From Candidatus Bathyarchaeota archaeon (lineage in GTDB: Archaea; Thermoproteota; Bathyarchaeia; Bathyarchaeales; Bathycorpusculaceae): DNA of 64,000 nucleotides. Below the pieces are notes generated by a model that was given only the letters and a program-made list of their open reading frames with translations, was not told the origin of the DNA and made no database searches. The stretch spans positions 1,152,001 to 1,216,000 of the forward strand of contig OY970340.1 in the NCBI GenBank assembly GCA_963717465.1, in the 5' to 3' direction. The position numbers were made by a program, and so were the translations under genes. This document shows positions 43,317 to 53,844 of this stretch, piece by piece (within the stretch, counting starts at the first letter, position 1; every line of letters begins with the position of its first letter).

Positions 43317-43886
43317 ATGGATGAAGTGGACAAGAAAATTTTAGCTCAACTTCAGCAAGATGGCAGAAAAACACTTCAAGATCTCGCCCAAGGAACTGGA
43401 TTTACGAGCATGGGGATAAAGAAAAGATTAGAAAAACTTCAAAAGAACGGCACAATTAAAATTTCAGCTTTAGTAAATCCTGATGCCTTGAAAATTCGTA
43501 CAGCACTCGTAATGTTGGAAATGGAAAGTTCTCAATCGATGCAAAAACTGCTTAATCTTTGGAAAGATTGCCCGCGGGTCGTGCAAATGTTCAAGGCTAT
43601 CGGTAGCTATAACTTGATAGCCATTATTGTTGCAGAAGACCAAGATACATTAGAAAGTACTTCGATGGAAAAGTGCTCTTTAAGATGCTGCGAGGGAGTG
43701 AGGCGTTCTGAATTTTACCCACTTAGCGAAATTTGCTATTCACCTTTTTTGCAGATAAGAGAAAGTCTTGCTCATAAAGAAAAAACTCTTACACCCTGCA
43801 AGGTTGAATGCGAAACGTGTGAACGATTTAAAATTAAGAAATGCGTTGGCTGCCCAACCATCAAGAATTACAGAGGTCAGCTGTAG
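43317..43886 (+). CDS. Lrp/AsnC-family regulator with Cys-rich C-terminal tail
   Basis: MDEVDKKILAQLQQDGR HTH; PCKVECETC...CVGCP tail. Confidence 0.9.
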   Translation: MDEVDKKILAQLQQDGRKTLQDLAQGTGFTSMGIKKRLEKLQKNGTIKISALVNPDALKIRTALVMLEMESSQSMQKLLNLWKDCPRVVQMFKAIGSYNLIAIIVAEDQDTLESTSMEKCSLRCCEGVRRSEFYPLSEICYSPFLQIRESLAHKEKTLTPCKVECETCERFKIKKCVGCPTIKNYRGQL

Positions 43887-44095
43887 AGCACGTTGATGAT
43901 AGACTGAAATATTAACGACAATGGCTTTTCAAAAGGTTGCTTTCTTGACCATTTCCGTAATTCAAAGATTTTTCACTCTCAACTGATTCTCAGCTGGAAT
44001 ACTATTTCTATTTAGTCGTTTAGTTAATATGGGTTATTCAAGGAAAAAATCTTTTTCATAAGGGTAAGTTTTAATAGTCCAAAGTTTGAAGTCCA

Positions 44096-44127
44096 GTCAG
44101 TAAAATAATTTACTGACAAAATTGTCA
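44096..44127. promoter_or_regulatory. Overlapping palindromes upstream of the hydrogenase operon (putative operator)
   Basis: GTCAGTAAA-ATAA-TTTACTGAC (44096-44117) overlaps TGACAA-AA-TTGTCA (44114-44127), just downstream of a TTTTAATA box near 44069. Confidence 0.55.
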
Positions 44128-44236
44128 AGAGGCGTAAAAGTCAAATGTCAAAAATTAAGGAGAAATCCTTAAATGTTGATGTGAAAAGCTTATCGATATG
44201 CATCCATAAACATGTCGGGAAAGAGAGGAAAATCAT

Positions 44237-44566
44237 ATGCTCTTGGAAGCATTAATTGCATTTGCACTAATACTTATTTCAACAATCATAATTTACGCTT
44301 TAGGTAAGCGTTCAGCGCCTAAGACAACCATAAGCGAAAACGAACAAGCGTCCTACGCTTGTGGAGAAAAGGTTTCGTACAGCGGATTAAGAATAAACGT
44401 ATCCTTATACAAGTACATAATCTACTTTGTAATTTTTGATGCTGCCGTTTTGCTTGTTGCTTTTTCTTCTTTTTCGCTAGAAGCGACTAACCCTCTTTAC
44501 ATGTTTCTTTACCTGGGCATAATACTTGCCGCAGGTTTGGTTCTCGTAGAAGGAGGTAAAGATTAA
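44237..44566 (+). CDS. Membrane-bound hydrogenase subunit, NuoA/FpoA-like
   Basis: Three TM helices; YACGE loop and YFVIFD. Confidence 0.85.
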   Translation: MLLEALIAFALILISTIIIYALGKRSAPKTTISENEQASYACGEKVSYSGLRINVSLYKYIIYFVIFDAAVLLVAFSSFSLEATNPLYMFLYLGIILAAGLVLVEGGKD

Positions 44567-45120
44567 TGCCTAATGCGGTAACATGGGCAAGAGTTAAGTC
44601 TCCTTGGGTTTTACATTTTAATTCCGGCGCGTGCAATGGTTGCGACATAGAAATAGTTGCTTTGCTTACTCCCAAGTACGATGTTGAACGCTTCGGAATA
44701 AAACTTGAACCTTCGCCACGCCATGCAGACGTCCTGCTCGTAACAGGTTGCGTCACTCAGCAGTGTGCAGACCGATTAAAACGAATTTATGATCAAATGC
44801 CACAACCCAAATTCGTCGTAGCTATTGGAGCTTGTGCATGCTCAGGTGGAGTTTTCGAAGGAAATTACAACGTAGTTGGAGGCGCAGATAAAGTTGTTCC
44901 AGTTACCGCTTACATACCTGGATGTCCGCCTCGTCCAGAAGCACTTGTGGACGGGGTAGTTAAACTTCTAAATGCGTTAAGTCCGCCTAAACAAAAGAAG
45001 TCTGCTAAAGAAGAAAAACCTGCTGAATTACCTAAGGAAGAAGCAAAAACACAGAAAGACCCTGCCTCACAAGAGTCAGTACGAACAGTTGAGGAGGTAA
45101 AAGCAGATGCCAAACAATAA
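44566..45120 (+). CDS. Group 4 [NiFe] hydrogenase small subunit (NuoB-like)
   Basis: ACNGCDIE, SPRHAD, GACA and PGCPPRPE motifs. Confidence 0.95.
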   Translation: MPNAVTWARVKSPWVLHFNSGACNGCDIEIVALLTPKYDVERFGIKLEPSPRHADVLLVTGCVTQQCADRLKRIYDQMPQPKFVVAIGACACSGGVFEGNYNVVGGADKVVPVTAYIPGCPPRPEALVDGVVKLLNALSPPKQKKSAKEEKPAELPKEEAKTQKDPASQESVRTVEEVKADAKQ

Positions 45121-46684
45121 AGTCGACGTTGTTAAGGTAATTGAATCCAAACTAGGTGGCAAGGTTCAAATTCAACTAGGGCAACTTGGCAAAGCCGCCG
45201 TAGTTGCAAATAATGGTTTACATAGGGACGTGATGAAAGCGATGGTTGACGCTGACGAGTACACCGCCATTGCAGCAATCACGGGTTTGGACCTTGGAAC
45301 AAACTTGGGTGTTTTGTATCATGTTCGCACTTCAGACGGATTGGTAACGATACGTGCAGAAGTTCCCAAGAGCGACCCGAAGATTCAAACAATAAATGAT
45401 ATTTCTCCAAGTGCCACATTTCATGAATTAGAAGTGGCAGACCTCTTTGGTGTAGTCTTCGAGGGAAATCTACTCCCTGGTCACTTTGTCTTATCAGAGT
45501 ATTGGCCGCAAGGCGTGTATCCGTTAAGGAAAGATGTTAACGCAAGCACAGTGAAGCTCAACCCGCCACCACCGACTGAAGAAACAAAAGAGTCTGAAAC
45601 TGAAAGGGTTGTAAAAATTATAATAGGTCCCCAACACCCAGCGTTGCTTGAGCCAGAGAAGTTTGCAGTAACTGTTGATGGAGAAACAGTAACAAAGGTT
45701 GAGCCCCGGATAGGTTATGTTCACAGGGGTATCGAGAAGGCGGCTGAGTCACGCACCTACATACAGGATGTTTACTTAATTGAACGAATCTGTGGTATAT
45801 GCAACACAGTTCATGCCTGTAACTTTGTTGAAGCAGTTGAAAAAATATTAAAGACTGAAGTGCCCCCGAGAGCCAAGTATCTTCGAGTAATAGCTTTAGA
45901 ACTTAACAGGTTACACAGTCATCTTTTGACTTTAGGTCACGCAGGATTAGAAATAGGTTATGAAACTCTTTTCCAGTATTTCTGGCGAGACCGCGAACCA
46001 ATCATGGATCTAATTGAGTTAACTAGCGGTAACCGCGTTTACTCTTCGCTTATGACTGTAGGCGGCGTAAGACGTGACATAAGAGATAACGATATTCCTA
46101 AAATAAAATCAACCTTGAAAGATTTGAGAGGAAAGCTACCTTTCTACCGCAAAATCTACGAGGATGAGCGTTCAATAAAGGCACGCATGCAAAACGTAGG
46201 CGTACTCAAACGAGAAGACGCTTTAAAACTTGGAGTAGTTGGTCCAGTAGCCCGCGGCTCAGGCGTAGATATTGATGTGCGCAAGGATGAGCCTTACGAA
46301 GCGTACGCTGAAATTCCATTCAAACTAATAGTCTACAATAACTGTGACACATGGGCAAGGATGAATGTTCGAATGGACGAAGTCGAAGAAAGCATCAACA
46401 TAATCGAGTACGTACTTGATCATTTACCCTCAGGACCCTTCAGAATTAAAGTACCCAGAAACGTACCAGCCGGCGAGGCGTGCAACCGCGTCGAAGCTCC
46501 AAGAGGCGAACTATTCTGTTACGTCAAGGGCAACGGCACAACTTCCCCTGATCGGGTTAAGGTTCGTACTCCAACTTATGCGAACATTCCAGCATTCTTA
46601 AAGACAGCAATAGGAGAGAGCATAGCTGATGTTCCTCCGAATTTTGTCAGCTTAGACCCATGCTTCTCATGCACAGATAGGTGA
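45107..46684 (+). CDS. Group 4 [NiFe] hydrogenase large subunit, NuoC-NuoD fusion
   Basis: N-terminal NuoC-like domain (ELEVADLFGVVFEG...PLRKD); GPQHP; L1 ERICGIC and L2 DPCFSCTDR with no C-terminal extension. Confidence 0.95.
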   Translation: MPNNKVDVVKVIESKLGGKVQIQLGQLGKAAVVANNGLHRDVMKAMVDADEYTAIAAITGLDLGTNLGVLYHVRTSDGLVTIRAEVPKSDPKIQTINDISPSATFHELEVADLFGVVFEGNLLPGHFVLSEYWPQGVYPLRKDVNASTVKLNPPPPTEETKESETERVVKIIIGPQHPALLEPEKFAVTVDGETVTKVEPRIGYVHRGIEKAAESRTYIQDVYLIERICGICNTVHACNFVEAVEKILKTEVPPRAKYLRVIALELNRLHSHLLTLGHAGLEIGYETLFQYFWRDREPIMDLIELTSGNRVYSSLMTVGGVRRDIRDNDIPKIKSTLKDLRGKLPFYRKIYEDERSIKARMQNVGVLKREDALKLGVVGPVARGSGVDIDVRKDEPYEAYAEIPFKLIVYNNCDTWARMNVRMDEVEESINIIEYVLDHLPSGPFRIKVPRNVPAGEACNRVEAPRGELFCYVKGNGTTSPDRVKVRTPTYANIPAFLKTAIGESIADVPPNFVSLDPCFSCTDR

Positions 46685-46689
46685 TAAAA

Positions 46690-47703
46690 ATGATCGATGC
46701 TTCGCTAATTTTACAAATACTAATCTTCCCAGGTTTTGTATTTATTTTACTCTTAACTTTGATCTGCGACTGGATTGAGCGGAAAATTGAAGCTCGCATG
46801 CAGAATCGTGTTGGTCCCATGGTTGCGGGTCGAGGGGGGATTCTTCAACCGTTTGCTGATTTCATTAAACTTTTGACAAAAGAGGATATTGAGCCAAGAA
46901 ATTCCAAAAAGATAATTTTTACCGCAGCGCCATTGATAGCTTTCGCCCTTATGGTTTTCGCAATGTGTTTTTTGCCTATAGATAGTCCAACCTCAATCTT
47001 AGGATTCAACGGTAGCTTAACTGGTGGGTTCAACGGCGACTTAATTGTTATCTTAGTGCTTGTTACAATTGCGAATTTTCTCTTGTTCCTTGCAGGATGG
47101 GCTTCATGCAATCCCTATAGCACTATTGGCTCAGCAAGAGTCCTGACCCAGTTTCTGGGTTACGATATACCGCTTTTCTTGCTCGCACTCGCACCGGCAT
47201 TCTTAGCTGGAAGCCTGCAAATATCCACGATTGCTGCAAGCCAAACTTTTCCATTCATACTTTTAGCACCATGGGCTTTCGTTCTTTTTATTATAACTAT
47301 GCAGGCAGAGCTTGAAAAAGATCCCTTTGATGTTCCACACGCAGAAAGTGAAGTAGTCGGAGGATTGTCAACTGAGTATACAGGAGCTAAACTTGCTTTT
47401 CTCCACTTAACAAACGATGTCCAAATTATTTTTGGCTCCGCCTTAGTTGTTGAACTGTTTCTAGGTGGACCATACGGGCCAGTATTCTTCGGTCTGCCAG
47501 CCTTTTGGTATACCTTATGGTTTATAATTAAACTCTTGATAGTCGTGGTGATTACCGAGTACATTTCGGTTCTATTTGCACGGTTGCGAATTGACCAAGT
47601 GTTATCATTTAATTGGAAAATAATTTTGCCTGCTGCCGTATTATCGTTGATGCTTACTTATGCGATGATATTATGGGTGTACCACCCATTCGGAGTGTTG
47701 TAA
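46690..47703 (+). CDS. NuoH/FpoH-like membrane subunit
   Basis: ERKIEARMQNRVGP, LQPFADFIKLLTKE, PFDVPHAESE and RLRIDQ motifs. Confidence 0.93.
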   Translation: MIDASLILQILIFPGFVFILLLTLICDWIERKIEARMQNRVGPMVAGRGGILQPFADFIKLLTKEDIEPRNSKKIIFTAAPLIAFALMVFAMCFLPIDSPTSILGFNGSLTGGFNGDLIVILVLVTIANFLLFLAGWASCNPYSTIGSARVLTQFLGYDIPLFLLALAPAFLAGSLQISTIAASQTFPFILLAPWAFVLFIITMQAELEKDPFDVPHAESEVVGGLSTEYTGAKLAFLHLTNDVQIIFGSALVVELFLGGPYGPVFFGLPAFWYTLWFIIKLLIVVVITEYISVLFARLRIDQVLSFNWKIILPAAVLSLMLTYAMILWVYHPFGVL

Positions 47704-47705
47704 AA

Positions 47706-48086
47706 ATGACAAAGAAATCACGTCTATCTCCAATGTGGAAAAGAACTGTTTCGCACCTGTTTACGAAACCTGCCACAACCAAATACCCGTTTGTAAAAGC
47801 AAAGGTTGCTGATGATTTCCGAGGTGAACAAGTCTTCAACATTGACTTGTGCGTAAGTTGCGGTCTTTGCAGTAGAGATTGCCCAGCTAAAGCGATTAAA
47901 ATGATTGAAGTAAATGGCAAAAAACGACCTCAATTCTTGCTTGATAGGTGCATTTTCTGTTACCAATGTGCTGATAGCTGCCCTAAAAACGCAATAAAAA
48001 GCTCAACCCTATTCGAGCTAGCTACAACTGATAAATCATCGCTAGTTATAAATCCTAAAGCCAGTTCCAGCGGAGGCGCAAAATAA
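47706..48086 (+). CDS. NuoI-like 2x[4Fe-4S] subunit
   Basis: Two CxxCxxCxxxCP motifs; start at ATG 47706. Confidence 0.93.
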   Translation: MTKKSRLSPMWKRTVSHLFTKPATTKYPFVKAKVADDFRGEQVFNIDLCVSCGLCSRDCPAKAIKMIEVNGKKRPQFLLDRCIFCYQCADSCPKNAIKSSTLFELATTDKSSLVINPKASSSGGAK

Positions 48087-48547
48087 TGTTATTTGAAATT
48101 TTATCAATTGGTTTAGTAATTTGCGCTTGCTTGGCACTCTTTTTAGATGAGGCTGTTTATTCAGTTGCAGCTTTAGCGGGCTGTTTCCTCTTTACAGCAT
48201 TAATTTATGGGCTAGAGGGTGCTGTTTACGCTGCCGTTTTCCAATTTGCTGCTGGTGTTGGAACCTGTGCAATATTATTCTTGTCAGGAGAACTTCTAAG
48301 CAATAAAGCCGCAAAGAAGACCTCCATAAACAAGGCGCTTGGCCTGGTTGTTGCAGGGTTTATTTTATCTTTGCCCGCTCTGTTTCTTTCAATTTCTGGC
48401 CCCACAACTGCAACCACAAATGTCTCTTTCGGCGACGCTTTGTGGAGCTTAAACGGGTTGGATGTGATTCTGCAAGGTTTAGTTTTGTTGACTGTGGCTA
48501 CAGGAATAGTCATTGTACTGTATGAAAAAAGGAGTGGTGGTAAATAA
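48086..48547 (+). CDS. NuoJ-like membrane subunit
   Basis: About five TM helices; operon position. Confidence 0.78.
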   Translation: MLFEILSIGLVICACLALFLDEAVYSVAALAGCFLFTALIYGLEGAVYAAVFQFAAGVGTCAILFLSGELLSNKAAKKTSINKALGLVVAGFILSLPALFLSISGPTTATTNVSFGDALWSLNGLDVILQGLVLLTVATGIVIVLYEKRSGGK

Positions 48548-48882
48548 TGGGATTCGTCATATTTTCTGTTGACTTTGTCATACTATCTGTCGTATTGCTT
48601 GCAATAGGCATCTATGGGTTGCTTACTAATCGACAACTATTGAAAATTTTCATTTCTATTGAATTAATCGCTATTGCTGCAACTTTGAATTTTGTAACGC
48701 TTTCTTCCACTAACACTATAGGTTTAGGTCAAGCTTATTCGGTCTTGGCATTTTCAACTGACACTGCCGTGAGTGCAGTGATTTTAGCGTTGCTTGTTGT
48801 GGTATCGAAAAAGTTTGGAACAAGCGATGTCGGTCAAATCCTAAAGATAGCGAGTGAAGATAAAGACGAGGTTGAATCGTAA
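48547..48882 (+). CDS. NuoK-like membrane subunit
   Basis: IGIYGLL...LKIFISIELI motif. Confidence 0.85.
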   Translation: MGFVIFSVDFVILSVVLLAIGIYGLLTNRQLLKIFISIELIAIAATLNFVTLSSTNTIGLGQAYSVLAFSTDTAVSAVILALLVVVSKKFGTSDVGQILKIASEDKDEVES

Positions 48883-50828
48883 TGGTTTCATTTTATGATG
48901 TTTCTGCATGGCTTGTATGGGTCTTACCGCTTGTTTCAAGTTGTTTTGTTCCTCTTATCGCGAAGATCGGAGGTAAAGCAAGAGATGCCTTTGTGATTCT
49001 TATCTCTGCTGTTACTGCGTTTTTTGCATTTTCACTAATACCTAGCGCCTTATCGGGGACAACTTTATCGCAAATTCCATGGCTTCCAGGCATACAGGCA
49101 GGAGGCTTAGACGCGGGAGTGTACGTAGATTCACTCAGTGTTTTGTTTACTTGTCTTATCGCGTTCTTCGGGATAATCATTCTAGTCTACTCTTTGGGTT
49201 ACATGAAAAAAGAGGAAGGTTTAACAAGGTACTACTTCTACATGCTACTTTTCATAGGCTCAATGATAGGTCTTGTGATCTCGGATAACCTTCTCCAATT
49301 GTTCATTTTCTGGGAGATGGTTGGTTTATGCTCATACGCTTTAGTTTCATTTTGGTATAAACGAAAAGAATCAGTTAATGCAGGCAACAAAGTTTTTATA
49401 ATGACACGTATCGGGGACGCATGCCTTTTAGCAGCGATAGGATTACTTTACGCTGCACCTCTGGTAAATGGACAGCCCATTCTCTCCTTCAGCATACAAG
49501 ACATAATGGCTAAACTGTCAACAGCAACTACCGGAAACTTGAACGCTGGGCTTTTAGTTTTAACATTCTTTTTAATTTTAGGCGGAGCTATTGCTAAATC
49601 AGCTCAACTCCCATTATTCACTTGGCTATACAGTGCAATGGAAGCCCCAACGTCAGTTAGCGCCCTTCTGCACGCGGCTACAATGGTAAAAGCAGGTATC
49701 TACCTTCTCTCAAGATTCATATTAATTGCCACAGTGGCGACTCCTATAATCCTTGCACTTCAACCAGCCTGGTTCCCAGCGGTTGCTTGGATAGGTGTTT
49801 TAACAGCGTTTATCGGAGCTACACTCGCCATTACTACCACTGATATTAAAGGAGTACTTGCCTACTCAACCGTTAGTCAAATCGGCTTCATGATGGCTGC
49901 CTTAGGCAGTGCCATTGCGGGTTCAGCAAGCGTCGGCTGGTTCGCAAGCTTGTCCCAAATGGTAAGTCACGCTTTCTTCGAAGGTCTCGGATTCCTCCTC
50001 GCCGGAGGCATCATCCATGCGCTTGGAACTCGAGACATGCGTTCGATGGGCGGTTTAAGAAAAGCTATGCCCATATCCTTCATTTTAATGCTTATAATGG
50101 TCATAACCACTAGTGGTCTGCCACCGTTTGCCGCATTTTTCAGCAAAGGCTTGGTCATTTCAAGTGTAACAGACGTAAGCCTAATACAAGGAATAATACT
50201 TTACATCTCTGCAGCAATCACATTCGCTTACTGCATAAGAATGTTGTACTTGGTGTTTCTCGGCAAAGAATCTGCGCTTTTGCAAAAGCAGCATGTGCAT
50301 GAGGCTCCTTATATCATGCTTATCCCAGCTGCAATACTTGCGGCATTGTGCATTGTTTGGGGTTTAGCCTTGCCAGCAGTTGCTAGTTTTATGCAAGTAA
50401 GTAATACAGGATTAACATCGTTTAGTTCATTCATCTCTAGTTCATTCATCGGAACTGAAACGGGAATTTTTCTAGCAATTCTACTGCCCACTGCTTTGCT
50501 CGTCTACTTGGCTTACTGGAAGAACAACATGGCAATACGAAGTGTAGGCGGAGGCTCAAATCCAATTTCAAAATTACTAGGGCACGCTTACTTCTTTGAC
50601 GGTGCTTACTATGCTATTGCCGAAGGATTCATGAAGTTTTCAGACGGTATTAAAATTGTTGAGGATTCAAGCACACGACTTCTTGATTCATTTGGATCAG
50701 GTTTAGTGCATGTTTCCTCAAGGCTCAGAAAAGTGCCTTCAGAAACTTATCAGAATTTAATCGTTGCTGCCTTAATCGGCTTGGTTCTTGTCATCGTGCT
50801 ATTAATATTGACTGGGATAGGGGTGTAA
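48882..50828 (+). CDS. NuoL-like antiporter subunit
   Basis: FWEMVGLCSY, KSAQLP, AMEAPTSVSALLHAATMVKAG and YSTVSQ motifs. Confidence 0.95.
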   Translation: MVSFYDVSAWLVWVLPLVSSCFVPLIAKIGGKARDAFVILISAVTAFFAFSLIPSALSGTTLSQIPWLPGIQAGGLDAGVYVDSLSVLFTCLIAFFGIIILVYSLGYMKKEEGLTRYYFYMLLFIGSMIGLVISDNLLQLFIFWEMVGLCSYALVSFWYKRKESVNAGNKVFIMTRIGDACLLAAIGLLYAAPLVNGQPILSFSIQDIMAKLSTATTGNLNAGLLVLTFFLILGGAIAKSAQLPLFTWLYSAMEAPTSVSALLHAATMVKAGIYLLSRFILIATVATPIILALQPAWFPAVAWIGVLTAFIGATLAITTTDIKGVLAYSTVSQIGFMMAALGSAIAGSASVGWFASLSQMVSHAFFEGLGFLLAGGIIHALGTRDMRSMGGLRKAMPISFILMLIMVITTSGLPPFAAFFSKGLVISSVTDVSLIQGIILYISAAITFAYCIRMLYLVFLGKESALLQKQHVHEAPYIMLIPAAILAALCIVWGLALPAVASFMQVSNTGLTSFSSFISSSFIGTETGIFLAILLPTALLVYLAYWKNNMAIRSVGGGSNPISKLLGHAYFFDGAYYAIAEGFMKFSDGIKIVEDSSTRLLDSFGSGLVHVSSRLRKVPSETYQNLIVAALIGLVLVIVLLILTGIGV

Positions 50829-50832
50829 TAAA

Positions 50833-52368
50833 ATGTCGTTTGCTCTTTTATCAGTATTTTTGATTCCAACTTTAAGCATACCATTCGTTTACTTAGTAGG
50901 AAAGAAATCAGCTAAAGCTGCAGCAGTATTCGTTTCTCTAATTGCTCTAGTCAACATAGCATTACTTTTAACGACTGTGCCAACTATTCTTAATAGCTCT
51001 AGCCACCAGTACATTGAATCCTACACATGGATTTCTGCAATTAACACATCATTTACTCTTTTCACCGATGGCATCAGCGTCTCCATCGCAACAGTCTGCC
51101 TATGCCTTATTCTAGCAGCCGCAATTTTCTCAATTTCGCATTTCGCAGGAAAAAAGAACCTGCCAGTTTACTACGCGTTGTTATGCATGCTTACCGTCGG
51201 CTCAGTCGGAGTTTTCCTAACATCCAACCTAATTCTATTCTACTTCTGCTGGGAAATGATGCTTATCCCCGCATTCTTCATCGTCGGAGAATGGGGAGGC
51301 AAAGACTCATACAAATCAGCATTTAAACTCTTCATATACACTCACATCGGAGCCGTTTTCGTCCTCTTAGGCATAGGCGCAACCTATGTTGCAACGGGTA
51401 CAACCGACATGTTTGCAGCCCAAGCTGCTCTACTATCAGCGAGTCCAACACTTGTCGAATGGATTCTCATATCCTTCACAGCAGGGTTCGCCGTTAAAAT
51501 GGCTGTTATACCAGTTCATATGTGGCTGCCTGATTCCTACTCTAACGCGCCGCCAGCAATGTCAGCTTTGCTAGGTGGAGTTCTGAGCGCCGCAGGAGCA
51601 TACGCACTTCTACGCATTTCTCTTGGTATGGTCTTCCCCGCAGTTAGTTTAACATTCGCAACAGATTTCCTGTATGCATTGTGCATAATCGGAGTACTTT
51701 CTGCCTTTTTCGGATCATTCATGGCATTATCGTCTAAAGATATGAAACGCATCATCGCATACTCAAGCATCAGCCATATGGGTTACATAATGTTTGGGTT
51801 TTCGCTTTTTCCATTGAGCCCTGTCGTCGGAATTACCATAGCAATTAGTGGAACCGTGCTTCACATAATCAACCATTCTTTAAGCAAAGGTCTTTTCTTC
51901 CTCGGCGCAGGAGGAGTTGAAAACCAAACATCCGAGAGAGACATTGGCAAAATGGGTGGATTAGCAAGCAAGATGCCTTTCACAGCAGTTTCAACAACAA
52001 TAGCCGCCTTAAGCATAGGCGGAGTGCCTCCGTTCGCATGCTTCATCAGCGAATTTCTAATATTCGTCGGCGCTTTCCAAGTAATAGGCGGCTCCATAAG
52101 CAGCTTCTATATCATACCCACAGCGCTTATGCTAGTAGCAACAATACTTTCACTTGCTTATTCGCTAAGATTCACTTCGCAAGTTTTTCTCGGGCAGTCA
52201 CACGATGGAAGCGTTGAAGCTAATATTAAAGGAGAAAGTGAACGGAAAGTCGTTGACGTACCTAACTACATGAAATTGTCCTTTGCAATCTTAGTTGTAT
52301 TGGTAATTCTTGTTGGTATTTTCCCAACATTCTTCTTGAACTTAATTCAAACGGTGAAAATAATTTAA
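50833..52368 (+). CDS. NuoM-like antiporter subunit
   Basis: WEMMLIP, VKMAVIPVHMWLPD and KRIIAYSSISHMG motifs. Confidence 0.93.
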   Translation: MSFALLSVFLIPTLSIPFVYLVGKKSAKAAAVFVSLIALVNIALLLTTVPTILNSSSHQYIESYTWISAINTSFTLFTDGISVSIATVCLCLILAAAIFSISHFAGKKNLPVYYALLCMLTVGSVGVFLTSNLILFYFCWEMMLIPAFFIVGEWGGKDSYKSAFKLFIYTHIGAVFVLLGIGATYVATGTTDMFAAQAALLSASPTLVEWILISFTAGFAVKMAVIPVHMWLPDSYSNAPPAMSALLGGVLSAAGAYALLRISLGMVFPAVSLTFATDFLYALCIIGVLSAFFGSFMALSSKDMKRIIAYSSISHMGYIMFGFSLFPLSPVVGITIAISGTVLHIINHSLSKGLFFLGAGGVENQTSERDIGKMGGLASKMPFTAVSTTIAALSIGGVPPFACFISEFLIFVGAFQVIGGSISSFYIIPTALMLVATILSLAYSLRFTSQVFLGQSHDGSVEANIKGESERKVVDVPNYMKLSFAILVVLVILVGIFPTFFLNLIQTVKII

Positions 52369-52380
52369 AGGTGAAAACTC

Positions 52381-53844
52381 ATGGTTGAACTAATAGACGT
52401 AATATCACCAATTCTTACCTTAGTTATTGCCGCGTTACTAACAATCCCTATACTACGAGCGATACGAACAACCTCTCATAAAACTGCCCTCACACTAGTC
52501 TGGTTCATAGCAGTCTTCGCCATCGCAGGCACACTAGTAGCAAACTTAGCCTCAAATTTCTACGCCTCACCAGGAACCATTACTTTGTCATTAACTAGCG
52601 GCGTCAACTACCTTTACTCAAGCACTTTTCTGGTAGACACAATATCAGTTTTCATGACAATACTCTTGATAACGATAAGCTCAGTAGTCGTAATTTACAC
52701 TGTATTCGCCGTGGGTAACAACGAAAAAATTTCAGAACGATATTTTGCAATAATGCTTATAATCACAGCCGCTTTACTTGGCGCTGTACTCGCAGGCGAC
52801 CTTCTAACGCTCTTCATATTCTGGGAAGTAGGATCGGTTGGTGCAGCCTTCTTAATGCTCTACAAGCGAAACGCCCTAAGCATAAATGCATTTTTAAAGT
52901 ATCTAATTATGATAACTATTGCTTCCGCTTTAGTAGTTTTTGGGCTGTCACTGATTTATGGTCTAACTGGAACGCTTAACTACTTAGCAGTTAGCCAACT
53001 CTTGCACACGATAGGTAGTAATGACGTTTTGGTATTGGCATTCATATCCATCTTTGCGGGATACGCTATTGAAGCTGCGGTTGTGCCTTTTCACTTCTGG
53101 CTGCCAGATGCATACACTGCTGCTCCAGCTTCATCAGCAGCCTTCCTGTCAGCGCTCGTTGACCAAGCCAGCTACTACATACTCATCAGAGTCTTACTTT
53201 ACATTCTGTTGCCCTCAACTCTTAACTGGACAATAATGTTAGCCATAATGGCTGCTTTAGCCATGATCATCGGCAACTTGTTTGCCCTAATACAAACCGA
53301 CATAAAACGTATGGTAGCATACATCTGCGTCGCTGACGTAGGCTACAACTTGGTAGCAATTACAAGCCAAACAGTACTCGGCTTAGAAGGAAACCTTTAC
53401 TTCCTTTTAATCGGAGGTATAACAACCGCTCTTGCATTCATGGTTGTCGGTGTAGCAAACAGTCAAGGATTCAAGAGTCTTGATGATTTTTCAGGCTTAG
53501 GCAAGAAAATGCCACTTGTATGCTTAGCCTTGGTAATGGCTGGATTATCGTTTGCTGGTGTTCCACCCTTTGGCGGGTTCACAGGCAAATTCCTAGTCTT
53601 CACAGCAGCGATAGAATCAAACCTAAGTTGGCTAGCAGTAATCGGCGTCTTAACAAGCGTCCTCCAAGCAGCAATCCTATTCAGGCTAACATGGGTCATG
53701 TACGGAAAGAAACCAAAAATCGAAGCAACAATAAAAGAATCAAAAAACCTTTTAATCCCAATCTTCATCTTAGCAGGCGCATTAATAATCCTAGGGATAT
53801 TCCCAAACATAGTCTTAAACCTCATCCACTCAGTAACAATATAA
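52381..53844 (+). CDS. NuoN-like antiporter subunit
   Basis: FWEV, KYL, VPFHFWLPDAY and GVPPFGGF.GK motifs. Confidence 0.92.
   Translation: MVELIDVISPILTLVIAALLTIPILRAIRTTSHKTALTLVWFIAVFAIAGTLVANLASNFYASPGTITLSLTSGVNYLYSSTFLVDTISVFMTILLITISSVVVIYTVFAVGNNEKISERYFAIMLIITAALLGAVLAGDLLTLFIFWEVGSVGAAFLMLYKRNALSINAFLKYLIMITIASALVVFGLSLIYGLTGTLNYLAVSQLLHTIGSNDVLVLAFISIFAGYAIEAAVVPFHFWLPDAYTAAPASSAAFLSALVDQASYYILIRVLLYILLPSTLNWTIMLAIMAALAMIIGNLFALIQTDIKRMVAYICVADVGYNLVAITSQTVLGLEGNLYFLLIGGITTALAFMVVGVANSQGFKSLDDFSGLGKKMPLVCLALVMAGLSFAGVPPFGGFTGKFLVFTAAIESNLSWLAVIGVLTSVLQAAILFRLTWVMYGKKPKIEATIKESKNLLIPIFILAGALIILGIFPNIVLNLIHSVTI

Noticed and set aside
45107..46684. [NiFeSe] hydrogenase
   Set aside because: All four ligands are Cys codons and there is no in-frame TGA.
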